Assembly (NCBI GenBank): GCA_019057815.1
Contig: JAHLWR010000009.1
Location: 76,403-140,402 of the forward strand
From: Candidatus Heimdallarchaeota archaeon
GTDB taxonomy: Archaea; Asgardarchaeota; Heimdallarchaeia; Heimdallarchaeales; Heimdallarchaeaceae
Reading direction: 5' to 3'
DNA: 64,000 nucleotides
Part shown: positions 29,612 to 40,012 of the stretch, piece after piece
How positions within the stretch are numbered: the stretch's first letter is position 1
Layout of the letters: each line of letters opens with the position of its first letter
Translations under genes and position numbers: made by a program
The notes under the pieces: model-generated
Told to the model about the DNA's origin: nothing
The model's database searches: none
Seen by the model: only the letters and a program-made list of their open reading frames with translations

Positions 29612-31144
29612 TCATTTAAAATAGTCTGTTTCTTCATATCCTGGAATGTTGTAAATATATATCTTCGTTTGTTTGAATTCTGTATTTTCTGATAGTTCCT
29701 GAATATATTCATTTAACCTTGTTTCTCCTGTGCCCAAATCGCCTTCAGTATCTGCTACGCCATAAAAATGTAAAGAATTTATAGGTTCTTTTACTTTCAA
29801 AACTTCTGTTTCACCTTCAGGCATATTTGAACTTACTATCTCAGCCGATTCAATAAACATCACACCATCGACATCTCCAGAACTTGTCTTTGTAACTAAA
29901 GCAATTATACCCTTGTTCAAATATTCAGGCAAGTGGGTTTTCCTCTCCTCTATATCAAAAAAACCATTAGCAGGTAAATCTAGTTTTTCAGTGATTTTTC
30001 TGAAAGTGTCTTTAGTTATTTCCATTGTTCTTGTTCGAGTTTTTAGAGGATAAAATACAAACTCTAAATTCTGTTTCGTTATATCTTTATCATTTAATTC
30101 AACCTTAATAGCTGGAGGAAAAAGGTCAAACATAATTTCTCCTTCGGTAAATCCTAGAGATGTCAAGCTATTTAACTCGATTAGAGATGCGACTAATTCT
30201 TCTTCTTCAGAAGTTACGGTTAACACTTTTTGAAGAATCTGATCAGCATATACCTTCGCTTTTTCTATTTTAGTCACATTATAGAAACTACTAAAAGCGC
30301 TATTTATTGTTAAGAAAAGCAAGTTTTTCTCTGTTCTAGACTGATTTTCAATTTTAGCTATTAATTGATTGATTTTATTGAAGAGAGTATCTAGATCTTC
30401 TTTATATTTGAATGCAAGTGTTTCTAAAGTATATAATAGAGGATTTTGATCCTTATACTGTAAAAGTGCCAGTAATGGTCTTTCCATAATTAGAGAATCA
30501 AATAATTCTTCTACTAGATTTAATAACTGTGGATAAGCTGTAAAAAGTTCGTTTTTTGTTTTACTGTCCCATATTGGCATAACACTAAGTAAAGCAGCTA
30601 TATTATCATAATCTGTAAGCTCAAAAAGTTTAGCACTAACATTTAATATTGTAAGTCTAACCAATTCTTCACTCATTCGATAACCTTGTTGAATAGAGAA
30701 TATTTCTCCTCTTTTTCCTGCAGAATAGAAATATTGTACAACCTTTAGTAACTCCTTTGATCTTTTCTCTTCCCAGAGCATTTTTATTACTTCAAGTCTC
30801 TTTTGAAGAGCTTGCACAAGAATCTGTAATTTTCTCCCCTCTTCTGATTCAGTAGCATATTGATTTAACAAATCTTGAACATCACTCATCAATTCAGCAA
30901 TTTTACGATCTTTTTCTTGTTCTTCTCTTCTTCTAGCTTCAGCTAAGCGTTCTTGTTCTTCAAATTCAGCAAGTTCAGCTTGTTTAGCTTTTTCTTTGTT
31001 AGCTTCAATTGTATTCATGTCTTCCAAGCCATCAATAGAGCTGATTTCAACTGATTCTATCGAAAAATCATCTAATTTATCTAATTCTTCATATTTTTCT
31101 TCATCAACATCCTCTAACTTGTCAGATTCACGTTCTTCACTCAT
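29612..31144 (-). CDS. Hypothetical protein with acidic N-terminus and coiled coil
   Basis: About 510-aa ORF with D/E-rich head and E/R/K-rich helix; no recognised family. Confidence 0.7.
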   Translation of the reverse strand: MSEERESDKLEDVDEEKYEELDKLDDFSIESVEISSIDGLEDMNTIEANKEKAKQAELAEFEEQERLAEARRREEQEKDRKIAELMSDVQDLLNQYATESEEGRKLQILVQALQKRLEVIKMLWEEKRSKELLKVVQYFYSAGKRGEIFSIQQGYRMSEELVRLTILNVSAKLFELTDYDNIAALLSVMPIWDSKTKNELFTAYPQLLNLVEELFDSLIMERPLLALLQYKDQNPLLYTLETLAFKYKEDLDTLFNKINQLIAKIENQSRTEKNLLFLTINSAFSSFYNVTKIEKAKVYADQILQKVLTVTSEEEELVASLIELNSLTSLGFTEGEIMFDLFPPAIKVELNDKDITKQNLEFVFYPLKTRTRTMEITKDTFRKITEKLDLPANGFFDIEERKTHLPEYLNKGIIALVTKTSSGDVDGVMFIESAEIVSSNMPEGETEVLKVKEPINSLHFYGVADTEGDLGTGETRLNEYIQELSENTEFKQTKIYIYNIPGYEETDYFK

Positions 31145-31404
31145 AACAACCAATCCAATTGAAACTTGTATTCATTAAGCAATAAATATACAAATATCAT
31201 GTAGGAGCTCTTGATATATATCTGTTATTGCACAAAGTGGACAATTGTCAACTTAACACTTTCAATATCATTAGGTTTGTTAATAAAAGCCATATCATTT
31301 AGATTCATTACAATTCTGTGAGTTAGGATTTTTCTGTAATTTAAATTCTACACTATTAAGTGTACAACTGATTTACAATTCTAAAATCAAAATAGTGACA
31401 AGCT

Positions 31405-32685
31405 TCATTGATATTCTTTCATTATCTGTAATGTTGTTATATCAGAAATCCAGGGGATTTTTTCGATCAACTTTTCAACCAAGCCATAAGCTTTTCCTAT
31501 ACTTCTAATTTTTAAACTAATTAGTAGATCATGCTTTCCTGTAATAAAAGAAACGTTTTCTACTCCTTTGATTTTCATTAATTCTTCAAGTTTTATAGGT
31601 ATTCCTTGTTGTATTTTTGCTAGAATTATTGCTCTAATTTCTGACATTGAAAGAGCTATAATCCCTGTTAGTACTAATATTGAACCAGAAATTTTCAGTA
31701 TAACAGAAATAGCGTCTGTAAACTCACCTTGAAATGCATCACGAAACCATATTCCTGCAATTGCTACTAAAGGTAATGTTGATACAACACTGACACTGCT
31801 TAAGGATCTAACAATAGACATTTTACCCATTGTAAGAGCTCTAGCGAAAAAGACAACAGCTAAATAAACTAGAAGCATAGAAGCAATTACAGGCAAAAGT
31901 GCAGATTTCCAATTTTGAGTTATTTCTCCTAAACCTTGTTTAACCAGTGTAGGTATTGTAGCTATACATTGACCTATTGTCATTATTATCATTGTCCATA
32001 ATCTCAAATTAACAGAATCAAATAGTCTTCCTTTAGAATCTTTTGTTGTTAATGCTTTCTTCTGAAAGTAGATATATAATGCTGAAAATATTGAAAAAGG
32101 ACCAAATACGAGAAATAGTCCCAAAGGATCAAGAGAAACACCACTTGATGAACCTTGTAACGAGGTTACAATAACACCTATAGCTATCATAACAATTGAT
32201 TGAATTTCGATTGTTACTGGCTTTTCTTTATCACTTATAGAATCTGAAATAAGCAAATAGACAACTATAAATTGGCTAAAAGGCATAATAACAGAAGCTT
32301 CAAAACGTGAAATCAAAACAAAATATATGATTGTATTTCCAGTTGCGAATATTCCAGCTAAAAGAGTATAAAGTCCTATACGCCCTTTTGGTAGTTTTAA
32401 TCCCCTGAAATTTGGGTCTAAATAGTAACCCAATAAGAAACGTCGATTACTTTTTGATTTAGATTTCTTCACGATAGGGATACAAAGAGTTAAGATTAAA
32501 ATAATAGAAACAATTAATCCTATAACCATCTCAAAGGATCCAAAAAGAAATGGATTCTGAATCTTAGTGTTTGCGATTACATCAAGAACTACATATAAGC
32601 TGGTAACAATACCACTACCCAATGCAAGAATATAGAAAGTACTCTTTCTTTTTATCTTACTAATTGGTCTAGTAGCTGGAGACAA
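31405..32685 (-). CDS. EamA/DMT transporter fused to a C-terminal Lrp/AsnC ligand-binding (RAM) domain
   Basis: About 10 TM segments in two repeats; last ~75 aa contain IKGVENVSFITGKHDLL...IPWISDITT. Confidence 0.8.
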   Translation of the reverse strand: MSPATRPISKIKRKSTFYILALGSGIVTSLYVVLDVIANTKIQNPFLFGSFEMVIGLIVSIILILTLCIPIVKKSKSKSNRRFLLGYYLDPNFRGLKLPKGRIGLYTLLAGIFATGNTIIYFVLISRFEASVIMPFSQFIVVYLLISDSISDKEKPVTIEIQSIVMIAIGVIVTSLQGSSSGVSLDPLGLFLVFGPFSIFSALYIYFQKKALTTKDSKGRLFDSVNLRLWTMIIMTIGQCIATIPTLVKQGLGEITQNWKSALLPVIASMLLVYLAVVFFARALTMGKMSIVRSLSSVSVVSTLPLVAIAGIWFRDAFQGEFTDAISVILKISGSILVLTGIIALSMSEIRAIILAKIQQGIPIKLEELMKIKGVENVSFITGKHDLLISLKIRSIGKAYGLVEKLIEKIPWISDITTLQIMKEYQ

Positions 32686-32689
32686 GATG

Positions 32690-32938
32690 TCACTCTCTGA
32701 TTATTTCTTTTTCAATAATAGCTGTTTGAGTATCAATTATACCTTCGATAAGATGAATTTGTTCACTTGTAATAAGATATAACTCCTCAAGATTATCAAT
32801 TGTAATTCTAGCCACAATATCCCACTCTCCAGTAACAACTGCTACATTAGTAATATTAGGGATAGATCGAAGCTGATTCAGAACCTCTTGTGTCTTTCCT
32901 AGTTTGACATCAAAGAAAATATACGCAGATACAGTCAT
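32690..32938 (-). CDS. Stand-alone Lrp/AsnC ligand-binding (RAM) protein without HTH
   Basis: AYIFF...VTGEWDIV...IEGIIDTQT; 82 aa. Confidence 0.9.
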   Translation of the reverse strand: MTVSAYIFFDVKLGKTQEVLNQLRSIPNITNVAVVTGEWDIVARITIDNLEELYLITSEQIHLIEGIIDTQTAIIEKEIIRE

Positions 32939-33056
32939 ATTCGAAATAAGAAATAACTGTAATTAAAAATTCTGTTATAGAGTTAGTGTCATTATCGTTT
33001 AGATTATCTTCCGTTCTATTTATTAAAAAAAAGGGAGGATAATAGGTTTCATTCTG

Positions 33057-34034
33057 TTATTGCTTCTTTTTTTTCAGAAAAGTTATAAGCATAGGAAGAA
33101 CCATTAATGTTAATATGATAGTGTAAAACTCGAAGTCAACCCCAATACCAGCTAAACCACCCTTTTGTATAAAATAATCACTTTCAGATGTATATGTTAT
33201 GTTCTCCTTGGATCTATAGGTTTCTATGTGTTCCATGTAACTTTCTAAGATTCCACCTTTACTGTATTCAAATTCACAACTGATTAGATATTTATCATAA
33301 GGGTAATAATCAACTTTATTATTCACATTATCGTAGATCCCATGGTGTATATTACCAGCGAGATCAAATTCAAATGACCATTTAGTAGTATCATTTGTAA
33401 AAGCATTTTGAGCATTAGTTATAGTATCTTCACCCATTATCTTGTAACTAGAGGTAGAATCTAAGAAATCACTTAATTCAATGTAATGATACGTATAATT
33501 ATGAATTACAGCAAAAATAATCCTTGAAGTGTTAAGTATTTCAACAAATTCTCCATTAAAAGTTCCCCAGTCTGGTTCTAAAAATAGTGATGGGAAACCA
33601 TATTTCCAAAATGGGTCAAAATCAAAATATAAACCAGTTAGAATCGTTTCATTTAAAGAACTATCCCATCTATAATTGAATTCTAACAGAACCTGTGCAA
33701 GAATTAGACCATTTTCTTTAGCACCATAGATTCGCGTATATTCAGATGTGTAACCAGAAGGGGATTTACGCTTTGTTGTGCATGTTTTATTATTTTCATC
33801 CATGGAAGAAATGGAGATTTTATATTCGAATTCATTTAAATATTCAAATGAATTTACAATAGACTCATTTATCCACTCACCAGATGATTTATGAACATTT
33901 CTTATTCCATAAATAATAGAGTCGCCAACATTCCAATCTCTAACATTTATTGCATTAATCAAAGGTAAACTACTCAATAATGTAAAGATGAGTATCAAGT
34001 TAATGGTTAATATAACTTTAGCTTTTTTTTGCAT
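33057..34034 (-). CDS. Secreted, C-terminally anchored surface protein
   Basis: Signal peptide; many N-x-S/T sequons; C-terminal TM followed by KKKKQ. Confidence 0.75.
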   Translation of the reverse strand: MQKKAKVILTINLILIFTLLSSLPLINAINVRDWNVGDSIIYGIRNVHKSSGEWINESIVNSFEYLNEFEYKISISSMDENNKTCTTKRKSPSGYTSEYTRIYGAKENGLILAQVLLEFNYRWDSSLNETILTGLYFDFDPFWKYGFPSLFLEPDWGTFNGEFVEILNTSRIIFAVIHNYTYHYIELSDFLDSTSSYKIMGEDTITNAQNAFTNDTTKWSFEFDLAGNIHHGIYDNVNNKVDYYPYDKYLISCEFEYSKGGILESYMEHIETYRSKENITYTSESDYFIQKGGLAGIGVDFEFYTIILTLMVLPMLITFLKKKKQ

Positions 34035-34275
34035 TTAAAAACCTCTCTTACTAGTTAATTGGTTTCTAGATGTTTTTTATCTTATTAAAGCTTTGCTTGA
34101 TTTAAGCAAATAATGAAGAGAGACTGTATTTAACAAGTAGAAAATCTACCTTTTAAAATCAACAGTTTGATAGAAAAATAATCATAATTCACTTTTTTGA
34201 GGAATTAACATTTCCTAATTTATACCAATATGATTACTCGTCATATTTTTAAGCTCTCAAGTTTTAAAATAACCC

Positions 34276-35388
34276 ATGAAAGCAAGAGGTTTAGGGATAC
34301 AATTTGATGGTCAACCAGGAAAAAATAATACAATAACTGATGTTGAAGGTGTATTAGTTGGTCATTCTACAATTATAGAGGGGGAAGGAGAGCTTGTAAG
34401 AGGTAAAGGTCCCATAAGAACAGGAGTGACAGCTATATTTCCTTGTGGGAAGAGCTCAGACGAAGTATTTGCTGGTCTATTTTCTTACAATGGTAACGGA
34501 GAGATGACAGGATCACACTGGATTGAAGAAGTTGGACAACTGAAGGGACCTATATGTCTAACTAATACTCATAGTGTTGGTTTAGTTAGAGATTCTATAA
34601 TCGAGTGGTTCATAAATAATGGTTTTTATAAAAAATCTGTTTTTTGGTCATTACCCGTTGTTGCTGAAACTTATGATGGATTACTCAATGATATAAATGG
34701 TTTTCATGTTAAAAAAGAGCATGTCTTTGAAGCCTTAGATTCTTCAAAATCTGGTAATGTAGAAGAAGGAAACGTTGGTGGAGGAACAGGAATGGTGTGC
34801 CACCAATTTAAAGGAGGGATTGGCACAAGTTCACGTATTCTAGATGAGCGTTTTGGAGATTTCACCGTCGGAGTTCTTGTACAAGCCAATTATGGATTAC
34901 GTGAGCATCTCACTATTTCAGGAGTTCCTGTAGGTAAAGAGTTGAAAGGTGAATCTATGCCTAAATTCCATTTTGACTCTAAGAGTCTTGAGGGAGGAAA
35001 TGAAATAGGATCAATTATAGTTGTAGTAGCAACAGATGCTCCACTACTCCCTAATCAATTGAAAAGACTAGCAAAAAGAGTAACAGCAGGACTTGCAAGA
35101 ACAGGTGGATACGGTGGTCATACATCAGGAGATATATTTCTAGCATTTTCAACTGCAAACAGACTCAAAAAAGAAACGGATGTAAAAGAAAAAATCAGCT
35201 CTGTTAAGACATTGGATGATCTTTATATCTCACATTTGTTCAAAGCTACTGCAGAAGCAACAGAAGAAGCAATTATTAATGCTCTTGTAAGCGCAGAAAC
35301 TATGGAAGGAATAAACAAAAACATTGTTTATGCATTATCACACGACAAATTGCACAACATATTAGGTAAATATAATAGGTTAAATTAA
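34276..35388 (+). CDS. dmpA: DmpA/BapA-like peptidase (family P1/S58)
   Basis: ITDVEGV, NGNGE, EGNVGGGTG, the G|SII autocleavage site and SGD motif. Confidence 0.9.
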   Translation: MKARGLGIQFDGQPGKNNTITDVEGVLVGHSTIIEGEGELVRGKGPIRTGVTAIFPCGKSSDEVFAGLFSYNGNGEMTGSHWIEEVGQLKGPICLTNTHSVGLVRDSIIEWFINNGFYKKSVFWSLPVVAETYDGLLNDINGFHVKKEHVFEALDSSKSGNVEEGNVGGGTGMVCHQFKGGIGTSSRILDERFGDFTVGVLVQANYGLREHLTISGVPVGKELKGESMPKFHFDSKSLEGGNEIGSIIVVVATDAPLLPNQLKRLAKRVTAGLARTGGYGGHTSGDIFLAFSTANRLKKETDVKEKISSVKTLDDLYISHLFKATAEATEEAIINALVSAETMEGINKNIVYALSHDKLHNILGKYNRLN

Positions 35389-35558
35389 TTTGTTAGAAAC
35401 GAGTAACAAAATCATAAGTTAGGTTTATGTAATAATCCAATGTTTCCGATTAGTTTTCTAATAACCCCAAATCTTCTTCAAAATCTTTTATAGATTCTAG
35501 TTAATAGTATTTTCCTCTAGTTCATAGTGTTTCATTGTAGCTAATATGTTTTTAAGAA

Positions 35559-37019
35559 CTACGATTTAAGATAGCGAAATGCAATGAGTAAGTAAAGCTT
35601 AGTGATATCATTCAAAGTGCTTATTTCAGCATATTCGTTAGCATTGTGAGCATTTCTCCCACCTGGTCCTATTACAAAAATATCTTTTATTCCAGCTTCT
35701 CGCATATTTCCAGCATCTGAAAATCCTGTGTTAAATGTGAATATTGGTTTCACTTGATATATTGTTTCAAATGAATTCTTTAAGACCTTCCCAAATTCCG
35801 AATGAGGATTTATTGAAGAGCCTACTCCTATAGTTATAATAGTAAGAGTGATGTCTACTGGTTCTTGTTTAAACTTTTGATTTGAATGTTGTAGATTTAT
35901 ATATCCTTCAGGTAATTCAATCCGATATTTCAATTTTGAACAATACTTTACAATCGAATCAAATAATTCTTGAGTCGTTAATCCAGGCATTGTTCTGAAA
36001 TCTACATTTAACTCACATCTATCTGGAATAACATTTGTTTTTATTCCAGCTTTTATCTCATTAAAGCTAAAAGTTGTCTTATGTAAATTACCTAAATTTC
36101 TTTTATCTTTATCTAAAGGAACTTTTTCTCCAGTAAATGAACGTATTTTTCTATAATCTGAAAAACTTACTCTTGACAATAACATCTTTACATATTGTAT
36201 TTTTGAAATAGGTGCTTTACATTTTTTAATTTTCAATTTCTTTTCAGCTTTTGCGATGAATCTGACTGCTTTATTTATAGCATTACTTTTTTCTTTTGGC
36301 CAACTACCATGACCTGCAACTCCATGAAAGGCTAATTTTACCCAATGTGGTCCCTTCTCCCCGATTCCTATAGATGGACTAGATAAAGGTTTTATAATGC
36401 TAGGTTCTGAAATAATCGTTGCATCTGTATTTACAACATCAAAATGATTTTTTGTCATAAATGCTGAACCATATGCTCCGTGAGTCTCTTCATCAGGTGT
36501 AAACCACATTTGTATTTTTCCGCTGAATTTCACTCCTGAATTCTTTAACAATTTCATTGCAATCATTTGACACGCGACACCTGCTTTCATGTCAAAGGCT
36601 CCTCGACCGTAGAGTTTTTCATCTTTAATTACACCTCCTAAAGGAGGGGTGTCTGGGTTCCATTTATCAGGACTATAAGGTACGATATCCAGATGACCAT
36701 TAAATTGAAGCGTTTTTCCGAGAGAATTACCTTTATGAGATACTATCAAATTATAATAGAATTCATCTTCTTTCTTACTTAAAAAAGGAACTTTATAGAG
36801 TTTAGCTGTGAATCCTTCTTTTTCCATATATTTTTTTGTGAATTCGAATATCTTGCTAATATCATAAAATTGAAACTCTGACATGTTAAGAGAGTCAATC
36901 TTAACTAAGTTTTGTAGAAGATCTATAATTTCTTCTTCATAATCATCCACTAAAGATATTAATTTGCGCTCTTCTTCCGTTATTGGGAATTTTGCTTTTA
37001 TTTTCTTTTCTACCACCAT
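35559..37019 (-). CDS. M20 metallopeptidase/deacylase (ArgE/DapE-like)
   Basis: NGHLD, GRGAFDMK, DEE, SEP and AHNANE motifs. Confidence 0.9.
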   Translation of the reverse strand: MVVEKKIKAKFPITEEERKLISLVDDYEEEIIDLLQNLVKIDSLNMSEFQFYDISKIFEFTKKYMEKEGFTAKLYKVPFLSKKEDEFYYNLIVSHKGNSLGKTLQFNGHLDIVPYSPDKWNPDTPPLGGVIKDEKLYGRGAFDMKAGVACQMIAMKLLKNSGVKFSGKIQMWFTPDEETHGAYGSAFMTKNHFDVVNTDATIISEPSIIKPLSSPSIGIGEKGPHWVKLAFHGVAGHGSWPKEKSNAINKAVRFIAKAEKKLKIKKCKAPISKIQYVKMLLSRVSFSDYRKIRSFTGEKVPLDKDKRNLGNLHKTTFSFNEIKAGIKTNVIPDRCELNVDFRTMPGLTTQELFDSIVKYCSKLKYRIELPEGYINLQHSNQKFKQEPVDITLTIITIGVGSSINPHSEFGKVLKNSFETIYQVKPIFTFNTGFSDAGNMREAGIKDIFVIGPGGRNAHNANEYAEISTLNDITKLYLLIAFRYLKS

Positions 37020-37095
37020 ATTGAAACAACCTTAACTAGTTTTTTTCTACTTTTTTGATTTTTCTTTTCATTTCTGTTTACTTTTTTATATTTCT

Positions 37096-38712
37096 TCAAG
37101 CACTATGTTTGTAAATAATTTTCCCTTCAATAATTGTCATTTCGATAGAGATATCCTTGATTTTTTCTTCTTTAATTGTCAAGATATCCTCACCTAAAAC
37201 AACCATATCAGCTAGTTTTCCAGGTTCAATCGAACCAAGTACGTTTTCATCAAATGAATGATATGCAGCGTATGTTGTGTATAATTTCAGTGCCTCAATG
37301 ACTGATATTTTCTGATTTTCACCTATTGGTCTTCCAGCTTTTGTTTTTCTATTTACCAAAGCATGAATAGCCATAAGGGGAGGAAATGGAGCACAAGGAT
37401 GATCGGAATGAGCAGAAATCTTTACACCTGCGTCCAGAAAAGATCTAGCTGCAAACATAGACTCCAACCGTTTTTCTCCAAATGCAGGTATCAACTTATC
37501 ACCATGATAATAGGCATATGGACCAAATATGGTAGGAAATATTCCAAGTTTCTTTATCTTTTCAACTAGTCTATCATTTATAACTGTGCAGTGTATACCC
37601 CTGTTTCTTGGATCTTTTCGTGGATAGTTTGTTTGAAGCTCTTCCATAATGTCCAAATACATTTCTATAGCTCGATCACCATTTGCATGTGCTGATATTC
37701 TATAACCTTCTTTGTATGCTTTAGAAAGAACTTCAGTTGCAATCTCCTTAGTTGTTGCCATCACTCCATAGAAGTCTGGTTTGTCCAAGTAAGGTTCAGA
37801 AACAGCTGCAGTTCTAGCAGAAATTGCACCATCAAAGAAGAATTTAATCCCACATAATCTAAGCCAGTCATCACCAAGTCCTCTATATATACCAAGTTTG
37901 TCAAGCTCCTCGAGAAGATCTATTGTTACGTCCATCCTTACTCTAATTGGAAGATTATTGGAGTTTTTGAGATCAATAGCTGCTCGAATCTCAGATTTAC
38001 CAACTAAATCGTAAACACAAGTTAAGCCTGTTGATGCACATTCATTTAGAATTTGTTTAGCTCCTTCATAAGCTTGTTCTCTTGTCGGTTCTGGATTACC
38101 TTCCGGTCTTAAAATATTGTGAGCTTCCTCATGGAGGCCTCCAGTTAGCTCACCTGTTTCAGGATCTCGATCAAACTTACCTCCAATAGGATCTGGTGTA
38201 TCTTTTGTAACTCCTACTAACTTAAAAGCTATTGAATTAGCTATCCAGAAGTGCCCTCCAACAGTTGTAACTAGAATAGGATGATTAGTAGATACTTCAT
38301 CAAGATCCCATCGGGTTGGATGTCTTTTCTCCTTAAGCTTTGAGTCATCTTCTTGATACCCAAAAATCCATTTACCAACAGGAGTTTTACTTACTGTTTC
38401 TTTAAGACATGTCTGTATGTCAGCTATTGATGTAATTCCAGCTTCTTCGCTAAGATCAATATATATCTTCCTTGCGGCACCTACATACAAGAAATGACCA
38501 TGAGAATCAATTATTCCAGGAATTACAGTTTTTCTCTGAAGGTCTATGACATTAGTCTCTTCTCCAGCATATTCAGATATAATATCAAAGCTACTTCCAA
38601 CTGCGATTATTCTGCCAAATTTAACAGCCACTGCTTGAACAATGGATTCTTCAGTGTCCATTGTTATAATTTTTCCATTATCTAGAATAAGATCTGCATA
38701 TATCATTTTCAT
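37096..38712 (-). CDS. YtcJ-like amidohydrolase (Amidohydro_3)
   Basis: PGIIDSHGH, KFFFDG, HANGD, HC, SD and GSIEPGKLAD motifs. Confidence 0.9.
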   Translation of the reverse strand: MKMIYADLILDNGKIITMDTEESIVQAVAVKFGRIIAVGSSFDIISEYAGEETNVIDLQRKTVIPGIIDSHGHFLYVGAARKIYIDLSEEAGITSIADIQTCLKETVSKTPVGKWIFGYQEDDSKLKEKRHPTRWDLDEVSTNHPILVTTVGGHFWIANSIAFKLVGVTKDTPDPIGGKFDRDPETGELTGGLHEEAHNILRPEGNPEPTREQAYEGAKQILNECASTGLTCVYDLVGKSEIRAAIDLKNSNNLPIRVRMDVTIDLLEELDKLGIYRGLGDDWLRLCGIKFFFDGAISARTAAVSEPYLDKPDFYGVMATTKEIATEVLSKAYKEGYRISAHANGDRAIEMYLDIMEELQTNYPRKDPRNRGIHCTVINDRLVEKIKKLGIFPTIFGPYAYYHGDKLIPAFGEKRLESMFAARSFLDAGVKISAHSDHPCAPFPPLMAIHALVNRKTKAGRPIGENQKISVIEALKLYTTYAAYHSFDENVLGSIEPGKLADMVVLGEDILTIKEEKIKDISIEMTIIEGKIIYKHSA

Positions 38713-38743
38713 GAAATCCTTGTTTTTTCAAATTTGATTATTA

Positions 38744-39952
38744 TTAACTTTTTTTCCTTCTTCTGTACATCAAAAATGCTGTTGCACTTCCAGTTATAAC
38801 AATTACACTACTTATAGGTATAACATAATACATCCAAGTATTTGATGACCCATAATCATCAGATGCTGCAGGGATGATATATTGTTCTAACAAAAATCTT
38901 CTTACGTCACTTAAAGTATCAAAACTTGTGAAAATAACAACAAGGTTCTTTGAAGGAACAACGAATATTCTTTGACCAGCCCAACCCCAAGCAGAAAAAT
39001 GTTTAATTGAACAGGTTCTACAAATCCACCATTGATATCCATAAGCATAATTCAGACTAGATGATGTAACAAGTCTATTTGTTGCTTCTTGTATCCACTC
39101 TTTAGGAACAACTTGTTGATCTTCCCAAGTTCCATTGTGCAAATATAAAAAACCTATCTTAGCCATATCGCGCGCTGTCAAGGAAAGAGCTTCACCCCCT
39201 CTTGTAATCCCCTGAGAATCGGTGTTCCAGGTATAATTTGTTATATTAAGATAGTTGAACAAATGATTCAACGCAAAAGCTTCCATTGAAATACCTGTCG
39301 CTTTTTGTATTATAGCAGACAAAAGGTGTGAACATCCCGTGTTATAGTTGAATTCAGTTCCAGGACTACTAACCATTGGTTTATCCAGAATATACTGAAT
39401 CCAATCTGACTCGGTTTTAACAGCAGTTAAATCATTAGCAGGACTAAAATAGCTAATATATTCATCCCATTCTAAACCAGATGTCATTGTAAGTAAATGC
39501 CAAATTGTTATGTTTTGTTTGTCTTCGTCCATATTCTCAAATGTTCTATTTGGAAAGAAATCTAGTATCTTTTGTTGAATTCCTTCTAAATATCCTTCAT
39601 AAATAGCAATACCAATCAATGTTGAAGTGATGCTTTTTGTACAAGAATATATTGGGTTTATTATATTGATTCGATCAGAACCATAATACGTTTCATCTAC
39701 TAAATAGCCATTACGAACTATCAGCATACTAGTTAGACCAATATTGTGGTTTTCTACGTAATCTTTTAGATCACTTATTAATTCGGGATTCATTCCTTGT
39801 TTTTTTAAGCTAGATGTTTGCCAACTGTCAGTTGGCCAATAATTGGGTCCTTCCAGATAAGACACAGGCAAACCTAATATTGAAATCGAGAAAAATAGAA
39901 CAATTAGAAATATACTCATAGTCACATATCTGCAATCTTTCGACTTTTTCAT
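38744..39952 (-). CDS. Membrane-anchored extracellular serine hydrolase (beta-lactamase/AmpC-like)
   Basis: SCTK, YNT and LLTMTSGL motifs; signal peptide; C-terminal TM followed by RRRKKS. Confidence 0.88.
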   Translation of the reverse strand: MKKSKDCRYVTMSIFLIVLFFSISILGLPVSYLEGPNYWPTDSWQTSSLKKQGMNPELISDLKDYVENHNIGLTSMLIVRNGYLVDETYYGSDRINIINPIYSCTKSITSTLIGIAIYEGYLEGIQQKILDFFPNRTFENMDEDKQNITIWHLLTMTSGLEWDEYISYFSPANDLTAVKTESDWIQYILDKPMVSSPGTEFNYNTGCSHLLSAIIQKATGISMEAFALNHLFNYLNITNYTWNTDSQGITRGGEALSLTARDMAKIGFLYLHNGTWEDQQVVPKEWIQEATNRLVTSSSLNYAYGYQWWICRTCSIKHFSAWGWAGQRIFVVPSKNLVVIFTSFDTLSDVRRFLLEQYIIPAASDDYGSSNTWMYYVIPISSVIVITGSATAFLMYRRRKKS

Positions 39953-40012
39953 AGTATCACCAAGTAAACACATTTTTGCTGAAACTAAAACAAATATTAC
40001 TGTTTAACATAT

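Noticed and set aside
34092-34110. Palindrome TTTGCTT-N5-AAGCAAA (also TTTGTTA-N8-TAACAAA at 35389-35410)
   Set aside because: Single occurrences in AT-rich DNA; cannot be told from chance.
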